A stretch of 57,952 bases of DNA, taken from an uncultured Pseudomonadales bacterium (lineage in GTDB: Bacteria; Patescibacteriota; Microgenomatia; UBA1400; PJMF01). Both the position numbers and the translations under genes were made by a program. The DNA lies in contig CAYOQI010000007.1 in the NCBI GenBank assembly GCA_964406075.1, positions 1-57,952 of the forward strand, read 5' to 3'. Shown here one piece after another: positions 46,033 through 55,442 of this stretch (the first letter of the stretch is position 1; every line of letters starts with the position of its first letter). The notes below the pieces were generated by a model. The model searched no databases and was not told the origin of the DNA. It saw nothing but the letters and a program-made list of their open reading frames with translations.

Positions 46033-47994
46033 ATGCACAAAAAAGTGTCAAATGAATTATTGTTGAAACTTCGGTCGCAGTCATTTTTCTTGATGGGTTT
46101 AGGCTTCACTTTTCTTTTTTTAATCCTGGGATATGTAGCTCACGCATTTCATTTCTTAAATATATGGACAGGAAATTCTTTAACTTGGATAAGCTGGATC
46201 CTCAGTATGTTGTTTGCTCTGATTACATGTACTGTGAATGGGGAAAATCTTCGATCTACACTACCTCGTTTCTCACGAACCACACTCATTTTATTTTTTT
46301 GCAGTTTGATATTCTTTGTTTCTTTTTATTTCTATAACTTTTCAATTGCACCTTGGAACCAAGATGGATTGTTTGATGATGCTGCATGGGATATCTACTT
46401 CATGAAAAGATATGTTTTAAGTGATGAACCTTTTCAAGCAGCCTTTTATGATCACGGCACTTCAAGAGAAACTTTCTTTCACTACTATTTAGCACTAATG
46501 CTGGGTATTTTTGGAATGAACGTCAGAGTTTTTAATATTGCAGTGGTAGTACTCTCATTTTTCACTTTATTTTTTACAACACTTCTTATTCAGCATCTAT
46601 TTAAGAAAAAATGGATCTCTATTTTAAGTCTACTCGTATTAGGAACACTTCCATTTCAGTTTTTGTATAGCTACGTCGGTCACCGATACGTCATCAATGC
46701 ACCTTTAACTATGATTTCACTGTACTTTGTCGTGACAAGTTTTTCATATCGTTCAACAAAACGAGGGGTGATTGGTGGAATTTTTGCTGGATTTAGTCTC
46801 GCAAGCGCCATCATGGGAAAACAATATATTTTAGCTTTACTCTCTTCCGGACTGTTTTTAGCTCTTCTTCAAATCAGAACTCTTGAATGGAAAAAAATAC
46901 TGCCTCCATTTTTTTCTATAGTACTTGGATTCTTGTGTGCCAGCGCGCCACTTTTATCCTATATTGCTTTTAATCCTATTTATTTTCTCCGAGAAAAAGG
47001 ACTAAGTAGCGAATTTCGGCAAAAAATTTCCGAAGAAGGCGTTGCAGGGATCACACCTTATTTTCAACAATTAAGCGAAACTTTTTTCAGTCTAGATACA
47101 GGATTGAGATGGTTTCTTCCAGATTATGTTCCAGTTCCCTATCCGTACATGTTTCTAATCATCCTGGGGTCAATAATTTTGTTGAAGCGAAAGCAGTTCT
47201 TGTTTTTAGCCATGGGCACAATTCCAATTCTAGGAGCACTCATAGCGGGTGCTCATGATTTTCGGTATTTGCATGCAGTTCCCATTTGGATAATTGCACT
47301 CGCCTCTTGCTTTGATATCGGTTCTCAGTGGTTGGAAAAATGGAAATTAAAAAAACAAAACTTGGTTCTTCCCATCATTTTTCTTGCATCACTAATCATC
47401 GTTGTGTGTGCTGGATTTATCCCAAACACCAAATATGTTTTAAAAATCTCAAAACAAACAGGTTCATTGTTTCACTTTAATCAACATGTCGTTGCCTCAT
47501 CTCGATATCTAAGAGATATCGTTGCGAATGTTCCCAACCCATCTACTCAAGTTCGGGCAAATGAATTTGACAAACTGAATGAATTTTCACCTTCGCCTTA
47601 TCAAACATATATTTGTCAGGAGTGGGGTTATGCCATTCCTCATCTCTTTTTATACGATTACTCAGACACAGAGATTTTAAAACTGTGTGATAACTTGCCA
47701 TTTAATCTTATGCCTATTGAAGATATTTTTCTCCATAATGCAAAAACGATCGCTGAACTTAATTCTCAAAAAGATGTGAAATTTATTTGGCAAGTAACTG
47801 AAAAAACAGAACCAGTCATCCGAGTATTCAAAACATTTGAAAGATTAGGTCATGCGGAAACGCTTCGCTCATCACATCTAGATGTAACTTTTGAGTATTA
47901 CGTGTTAACTATTCCAAAAGAAAACATAGAAATATTGAAAAACGAAATTCACACTGTTCCGGAGCTTACTTTTGAAGAAACTCTGCTGAATTAA
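46033..47994 (+). CDS. GT-C-like polytopic membrane protein, ArnT/GT39/GT83-like
   Basis: 653 aa. The first periplasmic loop is GLFDDAAWDIYFMKRY (acidic motif). About 12 TM segments and a C-terminal soluble domain. Confidence 0.5.
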   Translation: MHKKVSNELLLKLRSQSFFLMGLGFTFLFLILGYVAHAFHFLNIWTGNSLTWISWILSMLFALITCTVNGENLRSTLPRFSRTTLILFFCSLIFFVSFYFYNFSIAPWNQDGLFDDAAWDIYFMKRYVLSDEPFQAAFYDHGTSRETFFHYYLALMLGIFGMNVRVFNIAVVVLSFFTLFFTTLLIQHLFKKKWISILSLLVLGTLPFQFLYSYVGHRYVINAPLTMISLYFVVTSFSYRSTKRGVIGGIFAGFSLASAIMGKQYILALLSSGLFLALLQIRTLEWKKILPPFFSIVLGFLCASAPLLSYIAFNPIYFLREKGLSSEFRQKISEEGVAGITPYFQQLSETFFSLDTGLRWFLPDYVPVPYPYMFLIILGSIILLKRKQFLFLAMGTIPILGALIAGAHDFRYLHAVPIWIIALASCFDIGSQWLEKWKLKKQNLVLPIIFLASLIIVVCAGFIPNTKYVLKISKQTGSLFHFNQHVVASSRYLRDIVANVPNPSTQVRANEFDKLNEFSPSPYQTYICQEWGYAIPHLFLYDYSDTEILKLCDNLPFNLMPIEDIFLHNAKTIAELNSQKDVKFIWQVTEKTEPVIRVFKTFERLGHAETLRSSHLDVTFEYYVLTIPKENIEILKNEIHTVPELTFEETLLN

Positions 47995-48730
47995 AAAGGT
48001 GAAACTTCATGTGGAGATATAACCGAACCGCATCTACACAGGCCTTGAGAATCACTTTGAAATTCGCCCCGGTTGGCTTTCCAAACTTGCGAGGAAAATG
48101 ATCGACAGGAACTTGTTTAAAAACGATCTTCTTCTTTTTTAATTTATATAACATTTCTGCACTAATAAATGCTCCATTTGATTCGAGATTCAAAGAATCA
48201 ATATCTTCCTTCTTGAGAAGCTTGAAGGCACAATCTATATCTTTTACGTGCAATCGGAACAGTAAATCAATAAACTTTTTATATAGCCATGCGTTTCTTG
48301 AACGAACAAATCCATCCGCTCTTCGCTTTCGATATCCAATCACAACTTGATATTTAGGAGTGTGTTTTACGAGTAAAGCCAACTGTCCAAGGGCAAATTG
48401 AAGATCACCGTCAGTGAAGAACACCCACTCATACTGAGCCGCTTTAAACCCTGAAAGCAAGCTCGCTCCATATCCTTTATTCTTTTCATGATGAACAATT
48501 TTTAACTCGGGATGTTTTTTGGCTAAGCGTTGAGCAATTTTTTTGGTATGATCGTTGCTACCGTCATTTACAATAATAATTTCAAACTTTTTTGAAATGG
48601 TCGGTAACACGGTTAAAGCGTCAGCAACAAAAATCGGTATATTTTTTTCCTCGTTATAGCAAGGAAAAAAAACAGATAGTGAAGGAAGCTGTGTCTTTTT
48701 TTTCACAGCTGATGGTACACTCTTTCTCAT
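47966..48730 (-). CDS. Soluble GT2 polyprenyl-phosphate beta-glycosyltransferase-like enzyme (DPM1/dolichyl-P-glucose synthase-like)
   Basis: LSVFFPCYNEEKNI, IIVNDGSNDHT, KNKGYGASL and FTDGDLQ motifs. No TM segment. Confidence 0.75.
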   Translation of the reverse strand: MRKSVPSAVKKKTQLPSLSVFFPCYNEEKNIPIFVADALTVLPTISKKFEIIIVNDGSNDHTKKIAQRLAKKHPELKIVHHEKNKGYGASLLSGFKAAQYEWVFFTDGDLQFALGQLALLVKHTPKYQVVIGYRKRRADGFVRSRNAWLYKKFIDLLFRLHVKDIDCAFKLLKKEDIDSLNLESNGAFISAEMLYKLKKKKIVFKQVPVDHFPRKFGKPTGANFKVILKACVDAVRLYLHMKFHLFNSAEFLQK

Positions 48731-48822
48731 AGGGTGCTGAAAGAAGAAGGAGGGAGCAGGATTTTCCGTCTACTCAGAAAAAAATCTAGTGAAATAATAG
48801 TGATCATTCTACGCACAAAAAT

Positions 48823-50184
48823 ATGAAAATAAAACCTCTTGATCAATGGATTACTGAACATTCATCACTTCTACTTGGGATAATTCTCCTTTTTTCCTTT
48901 ATCGTTCGAATTTGGAGAGTTCAGATCCCACCAACATACTACTTCGACGAAGTGTATCACGCCGTGACTTCAAAGTTAGTAGCGAGAAATGATGAACGAG
49001 CATACGAATGGTGGCATGCACCGGTTGAACCAGATACAGCAATCGAATGGACACATCCACCTTTAGCCAAACTCTTCAAAGCAACTGGGATTCTTATTTT
49101 TGGTGAAAACTCTTTTGGTTGGAGAATTAGTTCCGTGATTTTTGGAGTTCTGTGTATATTCATGGTGTTCTCAGTTTCTGAAACGTTGTTCAAATCAAAA
49201 CCTATTTCACTCTTAGCCGCCTTTCTTTTCTCGATGGATGGTTTACCTCTGACGCAATCTCGCATCGCGATGAACGATATCCATTTACTTTTTTTCATGT
49301 TGCTCTCGGTAAAAATGTATTTGTTGTTTAAAGAATCACAACCTTGGACAATCGAATGGAAAAAATACTTAATTCTCAGCGGTGTCGCTTTTGGATTGAC
49401 GTTCGCTTCTAAATGGTCTGGAATTGTTATTCTGGGAATTTTTATTGCCGATCAATTTTTGACTTTTCTCAAAGAGAAGCATATTTCGATTAAAATGATC
49501 ATTGTCTATTTCTTCGCCTGGATTGCTCTTCCTATTTTCGTGTACTCGCTTTCATTTTCACAAATGTTTTTACAGGGAAAAAGTCTCGATCACTTTAGAG
49601 AATTGAATGGCCAAATGTATTGGTATCACTCTGGTTTAGTTGCTACCCATCCGTATCAATCGAAACCATTGCAGTGGGTGTTGAACCTGCGTCCAGTCTG
49701 GCTCTATGTCGATTATTCGAAGCCAGATCAAATTGCTAATATGTATGCTCAAGGCAATACTGCTTTATATTTATTCGGTTTTTTTGGCATTCTCGTGTAT
49801 CTGGTGAGATCATTGTTGCACTCCACTTCAATCATTACATCACATATCAAAGAAACTTTTATTTTCAAACTTGAACTCCATAAAATTACGCCTCAACTGC
49901 TTTTTGTAATCATGGCGTACTTTATTGTTTGGTTGCCGTATACATTAAGTCCCCGCATCATGTTCTTTTATCACTACTTGCCTGCCGTTCCGTATCTAAG
50001 TATAGCTTCAGCATTTTTTATATATAAATTACTTCAGTTCGATGACATACGAAAAACGATAGCATTAACTGTACTGAGTTTAATTATTGTGAACTTTGTT
50101 CTGTTCTATCCAAATTGGACTGGTATGTACGTTTCAACTGCTTTCAGAGATAATATTTATGGTTTTATGCCATCTTGGAAGTAA
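48823..50184 (+). CDS. GT39-family protein O-mannosyltransferase-like (PMT) phospholipid-carrier-dependent glycosyltransferase
   Basis: The loop-1 motif YYFDEVYHAVT (DE), HPPLAKL, and polytopic with a C-terminal 4-TM module. Confidence 0.7.
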   Translation: MKIKPLDQWITEHSSLLLGIILLFSFIVRIWRVQIPPTYYFDEVYHAVTSKLVARNDERAYEWWHAPVEPDTAIEWTHPPLAKLFKATGILIFGENSFGWRISSVIFGVLCIFMVFSVSETLFKSKPISLLAAFLFSMDGLPLTQSRIAMNDIHLLFFMLLSVKMYLLFKESQPWTIEWKKYLILSGVAFGLTFASKWSGIVILGIFIADQFLTFLKEKHISIKMIIVYFFAWIALPIFVYSLSFSQMFLQGKSLDHFRELNGQMYWYHSGLVATHPYQSKPLQWVLNLRPVWLYVDYSKPDQIANMYAQGNTALYLFGFFGILVYLVRSLLHSTSIITSHIKETFIFKLELHKITPQLLFVIMAYFIVWLPYTLSPRIMFFYHYLPAVPYLSIASAFFIYKLLQFDDIRKTIALTVLSLIIVNFVLFYPNWTGMYVSTAFRDNIYGFMPSWK

Positions 50185-50190
50185 TTTTTC

Positions 50191-51132
50191 ATGCCTTCAC
50201 TTAGACCTGATCAAGTTCTCTGTTTACTGATTGCCACCGCAATATGTTTGACACTCCCTGCTCCTGTTCGCGAAACATTCACCGTACAAACCTTAGCAGC
50301 TCCACCAATTTACGAAAGTCAGCAAGAAATTCCTTTTCCAAAGGAAAATTCTGCTCCCACACCTGACATATCTGCAAATGGTGTCATTATTTTTGAGCCA
50401 TATTCAGGAAGCATTCTGTATTCAAAAAACGCTGACCAATCAATTCCACTTGCTTCGTTGACAAAATTAATGACTGCGTTAGTCGCACTCGAAACGTTTC
50501 AACTCGATCAGGAATTGACTGTGCAAACTGAAAATACAATTGAGGGTAATCGCATGAAACTCGTGAGTGGAGAAAAAATATTAGTCAGAGATCTACTTGC
50601 CGGTTTGCTTATTTTCTCAGGAAATGATGCTGCCATGACACTTGCGAACAATGATCCAAATGGATATAGCAACTTTTTAGAAAAAATGAATTCTACTGCT
50701 CGCAAACTCGGAATGAATCAAACCTCTTTCGAAAATCCAACTGGTCTTGATTCGGAAAACCAATTTTCATCTGCACATGATATTGCGATTTTAACAAAAG
50801 AAATTCTTCTTCAACCTGAAATAGCACGAATTCTGGGTGAACAAATGAGAGAGGTGAAGAGTACCGATGGACAGTTCACTCACACACTCTACACAACCAA
50901 TGAGCTACTCGGGAAAATAGCTGGACTTACACTGGGCAAAACTGGGAGTACTTTATTAGCGGGAGAGTGTTTGATGACGGTTGTTGAGCGGAATGAAAAA
51001 AAACTTGTGACTGTAGTTATGGGGAGCCAAGCTCGTTTTGATGACACTCAAGTTTTGATTGATTGGGCCTATGAAAATTTTACCTGGACAACACCTGATC
51101 TTCTTGAGTACAATAAGGAAGACATCATCTAA
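50191..51132 (+). CDS. Serine-type D-Ala-D-Ala carboxypeptidase (peptidase S11)
   Basis: S-x-x-K as SLTKLMT, S-x-N as SGND, and KTG as GKTGST. Confidence 0.8.
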   Translation: MPSLRPDQVLCLLIATAICLTLPAPVRETFTVQTLAAPPIYESQQEIPFPKENSAPTPDISANGVIIFEPYSGSILYSKNADQSIPLASLTKLMTALVALETFQLDQELTVQTENTIEGNRMKLVSGEKILVRDLLAGLLIFSGNDAAMTLANNDPNGYSNFLEKMNSTARKLGMNQTSFENPTGLDSENQFSSAHDIAILTKEILLQPEIARILGEQMREVKSTDGQFTHTLYTTNELLGKIAGLTLGKTGSTLLAGECLMTVVERNEKKLVTVVMGSQARFDDTQVLIDWAYENFTWTTPDLLEYNKEDII

Positions 51133-52220
51133 TGCCAGAAACGTCCACCTCACAACCAATGAATCTTACCAGCGCAGCCTCAACCATGAGGAAAGTCATT
51201 AAATTTGGCGCCATTTTTCTCGTATTTCTCATGGTGGGTCGTGTCGCTCTGACCTCATTTATCGCATTTTGGAAAGCAGCCAACCCTCCTCCGCCTCCTC
51301 CACCAAGTGTTGGATTTGGACCCTTACCAAAAATTATCTTTCCAAATCAAACATCAAAACCAACATCATATCGATTGGAAACAGTAGGTGGGACAACTCC
51401 TTTTATTACTGATCGAGCAAATGTGTATTTCATGCCTTCCGTTCAAGCAAATATTAGAGCATTAGAAAGAGCGAATCAAAAAGCCGTACTACTCGGATAT
51501 CAATTTGAACCAGAAGCCATTGATTCAAGAAGATATCGATGGACAAATACCACGCCAATTGTCTCCACCTTAGAAATGGATATTTTGACCGGTACTTTTA
51601 GTATCACCACTAATTGGGCATCTTACCCAACATTATTAACAAATACTCGACTCGCTTCAAAAGAGGATTCCATCAATCAAGTGAAAAATTTAGTCATCCA
51701 AGCAGGGGCAGTTTCCACTGACTTTAAAACAGCCAGTGCTTCTGCAAAATATCTCAAAGCCATCGGAGGTCAATATCAAGAAGTGAGTGTCGCAATTGAT
51801 GCAGATTTTGTGCAAGTGGATTTATTCCGACCCGCAGTCAATCCTAAATACTCAAGTGTTACGTCCAAAGGAAAAGAAGGTCCAGTGCATGCAGTCATCA
51901 CACCCACAGGAACAATCTTAGAAATGAAAATGCATCTTTTCCCAATAGAGACCCAACCAGCAGAGGACTACCCGTTACGTTCTACAGCTGAAGCTTGGCA
52001 ACTGCTTTCAAATGGGGAAGGGTATGTCGCTCAAAAGGGTGAATTAGACACCGCAATCGTTCGTTCAATTTATATGTCCTATTACGAACCTGATACAGAA
52101 CAGCCCTATTATCAACCGGTGTATGTTTTCGAAGGCGACAAAGGATTTGTCGGAATTGTGGAAGCAGTTGATGCACGGTGTATTCAGCCAAATCTTTGTC
52201 AAATACCTGCAACCCAATAA
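51132..52220 (+). CDS. Hypothetical membrane-anchored extracytoplasmic protein with a poly-Pro hinge
   Basis: One TM segment (FGAIFLVFLMVGRVALTSFIAFW) then NPPPPPPPS. TAATG overlap with the carboxypeptidase stop. Confidence 0.55.
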   Translation: MPETSTSQPMNLTSAASTMRKVIKFGAIFLVFLMVGRVALTSFIAFWKAANPPPPPPPSVGFGPLPKIIFPNQTSKPTSYRLETVGGTTPFITDRANVYFMPSVQANIRALERANQKAVLLGYQFEPEAIDSRRYRWTNTTPIVSTLEMDILTGTFSITTNWASYPTLLTNTRLASKEDSINQVKNLVIQAGAVSTDFKTASASAKYLKAIGGQYQEVSVAIDADFVQVDLFRPAVNPKYSSVTSKGKEGPVHAVITPTGTILEMKMHLFPIETQPAEDYPLRSTAEAWQLLSNGEGYVAQKGELDTAIVRSIYMSYYEPDTEQPYYQPVYVFEGDKGFVGIVEAVDARCIQPNLCQIPATQ

Positions 52221-52258
52221 ATCTAAATTACTCCCTAGCTCCTAACCTCTAGTCACTA

Positions 52259-52264
52259 TATAAT
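52259..52264 (+). promoter_or_regulatory. -10 box TATAAT 7 nt upstream of the gltX ATG within a conserved CTAGTCACTATATAATTCC cassette
   Basis: ctagtcacta-TATAAT-tcctgcc-ATG. The cassette is repeated at 55421-55440. Confidence 0.5.
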
Positions 52265-52271
52265 TCCTGCC

Positions 52272-53702
52272 ATGACAGTACGTACTCGTATCGCTCCCAG
52301 CCCTACCGGTGAGATGCATGTTGGAGGTTTATCCATCGCACTCAAAAACTATGCACTTGCTAAAAAGCATGGTGGTCAGTTTATTATTCGAATTGAAGAT
52401 ACTGACCAAGCTCGAGAAGTTGAAGGCGCTACTCAACGAATTTTAGATGTCCTCCAAAAATATGGATTGGACTGGGATGAAGGACCAAACAAAGAAGGTG
52501 CGTACGGTCCATATATTCAATCTCAACGATTAGAGTTGTACAAAAAAGCCGCACAACAACTGATCGATAAGAAACTGGCATATTATTGTTTTTGTTCAAA
52601 AGAGAGATTAGAAAAAGTCCGAGCTGAGCAAATGGCCAAACATCTACCTCCAAAATATGACCGTCACTGCCGAAATTTAAGTGATGATCAAATTAGACAG
52701 AAACTCGAAAGCAACGAACCATCTGTTATTCGACTAACAGTTCCAGATGATAAACCGATTCTATTTACTGATTTAATCCGCGGACAAATTGAAATTTCTT
52801 CAAATGAAGTTGATGACCAAGTGCTTTTAAAATCAGATGGTTTTCCAACTTACCATTTAGCTGTCGTCGTCGACGATCACGCTATGAAAATTTCTCATAT
52901 CTTACGTGGTGAAGAGTGGATTAGTTCTACTCCTAAGCATGTACTTTTATATGAAGCATTCGGCTGGCCACAACCTGTCTATGCCCACATCCCTATTTTC
53001 CTAAATCCAGATGGAAAAGGGAAAATGAGTAAACGTCATGGCACAGTTTCAGCCCAGTCATTTTTAGATAAAGGCTACTTACCAGAAGCCATGCTCAATT
53101 TCTTTATGATTTTAGGGTGGTCTCCAGCTGATCAGAGTGAAGTCATCTCGCTGAAAGAATATGTTCAAGAATTTGATCCACAAGATATAAGTAAAAATTC
53201 TGTCGTTTTCGATCTGAAAAAACTTGATTGGATCAATGGTCTGTACATTCGGACACTTTCTCCAGAAAATCTCCGAGAAAAGATAACTCCTTTTATCCCA
53301 GCCGACTGCCCAAAAGAAATTGTTGAAAAAGTACTCCCTCTCATTTTTGAGCGACTAGTCAAACTTGCCGACTTTGAAGAATTAACATCATTCTTTTATC
53401 GTGATATTCAGGTTGATATGAATGTTGTAAAAAAGAAAGTTGAAGCTGAAGTACTGATGGAACAAGTAACTCAGACTCTTATGTCATTACAAGAATTAAG
53501 TACTTGGGACGTGCCTTCGATTGAAGCGTCACTCAGAGCACTTCAAGAAAAACAGAACTGGAAAAAATCGCAGTACTTCATGATGTTGAGAGTTTCTCTG
53601 ACTGGAAAAGAAGCCACTCCTCCACTGTTTGAAACCATGGAAGTGATTGGCAAACAAAAAACTGTGGAAAGACTTCAGAGCATATTGAGCCAATTAAGTT
53701 GA
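52272..53702 (+). CDS. gltX: Glutamate--tRNA ligase
   Basis: RIAPSPTGEMHVGG (HIGH-type), KMSKRHG (KMSKS). 476 aa. Confidence 0.9.
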   Translation: MTVRTRIAPSPTGEMHVGGLSIALKNYALAKKHGGQFIIRIEDTDQAREVEGATQRILDVLQKYGLDWDEGPNKEGAYGPYIQSQRLELYKKAAQQLIDKKLAYYCFCSKERLEKVRAEQMAKHLPPKYDRHCRNLSDDQIRQKLESNEPSVIRLTVPDDKPILFTDLIRGQIEISSNEVDDQVLLKSDGFPTYHLAVVVDDHAMKISHILRGEEWISSTPKHVLLYEAFGWPQPVYAHIPIFLNPDGKGKMSKRHGTVSAQSFLDKGYLPEAMLNFFMILGWSPADQSEVISLKEYVQEFDPQDISKNSVVFDLKKLDWINGLYIRTLSPENLREKITPFIPADCPKEIVEKVLPLIFERLVKLADFEELTSFFYRDIQVDMNVVKKKVEAEVLMEQVTQTLMSLQELSTWDVPSIEASLRALQEKQNWKKSQYFMMLRVSLTGKEATPPLFETMEVIGKQKTVERLQSILSQLS

Positions 53703-53777
53703 AGATAATAAGAATCAATGCTCAACGAATAAAAATTTCACACATCTTAATTCTTGCTTCTTGAATCTCGCATAGCG

Positions 53778-53783
53778 TATCAT
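53778..53783 (+). promoter_or_regulatory. -10 box TATCAT 7 nt upstream of the ATG at 53791
   Basis: TATCAT-aactaga-ATG, with a possible -35 TTGCTT 18 nt upstream. Confidence 0.4.
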
Positions 53784-53790
53784 AACTAGA

Positions 53791-55386
53791 ATGAATCGAT
53801 CATTTTCATTGAAACAGCTTTTTCTACGAATTTTAAAAAAATCGGATAAACACGAAGGTCTTTTAATTTTATTATGCCTTCATATTTTACTTCGTATACC
53901 CAACCTTTTTGAGCCGTATTGGTATGGCGACGAAGCTATATATCTGACCATTGGTCAGGCTCTTCGAAATGGTTTAACCTTGTATCAAGATACGATCGAC
54001 CATAAAACTCCGCTGATTTATTTCTTTGCCATGCTCGCGCCAACTCAAATCTGGTTCAGAATAATTCTTATGGTCTGGATGACCGGAGCAATTTGGTGCT
54101 TCTTCACAGCACTGAAAAACTTTTCTTTCTCAATTCTGCAAAGAAACCTATCAACACTGATTTTTATTCTTTTCACAACTTTACCTTGGCTTGAAGGTCA
54201 TATTCCAAATGGTGAACTTTTTGTCATGGGATTTATTTGTATTGCACTTTGGCTCTTTTCTAGAATACCTGAGATGCAGGAAACGTTCTCTTTCAATTAT
54301 CTGAAAAAAGAGACACCATCGACTGAAACAAGTATCACTAATGTGAAGTTACTGTTTTTAACAGGAGTATTTTGTAGTTTAGCAATATTGACGAAAGTAC
54401 CAGCACTCTTTGATGTGGCTGGTATCCTTGTGACTGGATGTATCTTGTTGTGGTCCCAAAAACGATTCACTAAAAAGCAAATTTTAATTTTCTTTCAACG
54501 GTATTTTATTTTGATATCAGGAGTGATGTTACCCATCATCTTGAGTTTTGTATATTTCTTTTTAAAAGGCGCTGGACAAGACTATATCGATTTTGCTCTG
54601 CTCTACAATTTTAAATATGCCGGCAGTTGGAATCTTCCTTTTTCACAACCGCAACTTGTCTGGTTGCTTTCATTACAAGGGAAAATCTTCACTCTTTTCT
54701 TAACCTTTATTGTCATGTTTTTCTTACGACGAAGAATAAAACCCTTGTATCAGTGGCTTGCAATCTGGTGCATGGCATCATTAGTTGGGGCGAATCTTTC
54801 ACTGCGTCCATATCCACATTACTTTCTGCAAGTTATTCCACCGTTAGCAATTCTGTTCGGTTCATACGCATATAAAAAAATCTTGAGACCTTCATTTGAA
54901 AATGGAATTGGCATCCTTTTTGTTGTGCTTTCACTTTCTGTATGGACCCTGATTGGATTTAGCCCGTACTCAACAAAAAAGTATTATCAAGATTTTTTCC
55001 AATTAATTACTCAAAAAATATCACGTGAAGAATACAATCAACGATTCAATGCGTTTATGGCGGACAACGAACTCGCAACAGCAATACTCCATCAAACCGA
55101 AGAAAAAGAAATTTTTATTTGGGGCACAAATCCTATGCTATACGCCCAATCCCGAAAAGTGCCAATTGGCAGATTTACAGTTGCATTTCATATTCAAGAT
55201 TTCCCTGGTGCATTTGAAGAGACTGAAAAAGCCTTGTATGAAAAAACACCTGAATTTATTGTGGTGATGAAAAATGAACAAATTAAATTTCCTGAATTTG
55301 ATGCGTTTCTTTTACTCAACTATATTCCGTACAAAGATCTCGAACACATGAAAATCTACCGCCGATCACGTCTTTCTCTGCTGTAA
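53791..55386 (+). CDS. GT-C-like polytopic membrane protein, ArnT/PMT_2-like
   Basis: 531 aa. YWYGDEAIYLTIGQALRNGLTLYQDTIDHKTPLIYF loop motif. Paralogue of the 34490 protein. Confidence 0.55.
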   Translation: MNRSFSLKQLFLRILKKSDKHEGLLILLCLHILLRIPNLFEPYWYGDEAIYLTIGQALRNGLTLYQDTIDHKTPLIYFFAMLAPTQIWFRIILMVWMTGAIWCFFTALKNFSFSILQRNLSTLIFILFTTLPWLEGHIPNGELFVMGFICIALWLFSRIPEMQETFSFNYLKKETPSTETSITNVKLLFLTGVFCSLAILTKVPALFDVAGILVTGCILLWSQKRFTKKQILIFFQRYFILISGVMLPIILSFVYFFLKGAGQDYIDFALLYNFKYAGSWNLPFSQPQLVWLLSLQGKIFTLFLTFIVMFFLRRRIKPLYQWLAIWCMASLVGANLSLRPYPHYFLQVIPPLAILFGSYAYKKILRPSFENGIGILFVVLSLSVWTLIGFSPYSTKKYYQDFFQLITQKISREEYNQRFNAFMADNELATAILHQTEEKEIFIWGTNPMLYAQSRKVPIGRFTVAFHIQDFPGAFEETEKALYEKTPEFIVVMKNEQIKFPEFDAFLLLNYIPYKDLEHMKIYRRSRLSLL

Positions 55387-55430
55387 ATCTAGAAGCAAAC
55401 TAACCCCTAGTCCCTAACACCTAGTCACTA

Positions 55431-55436
55431 TATAAT
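55431..55436 (+). promoter_or_regulatory. -10 box TATAAT 6 nt upstream of the ATG at 55443 within the conserved cassette
   Basis: ctagtcacta-TATAAT-tccctc-ATG. Confidence 0.5.
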
Positions 55437-55442
55437 TCCCTC

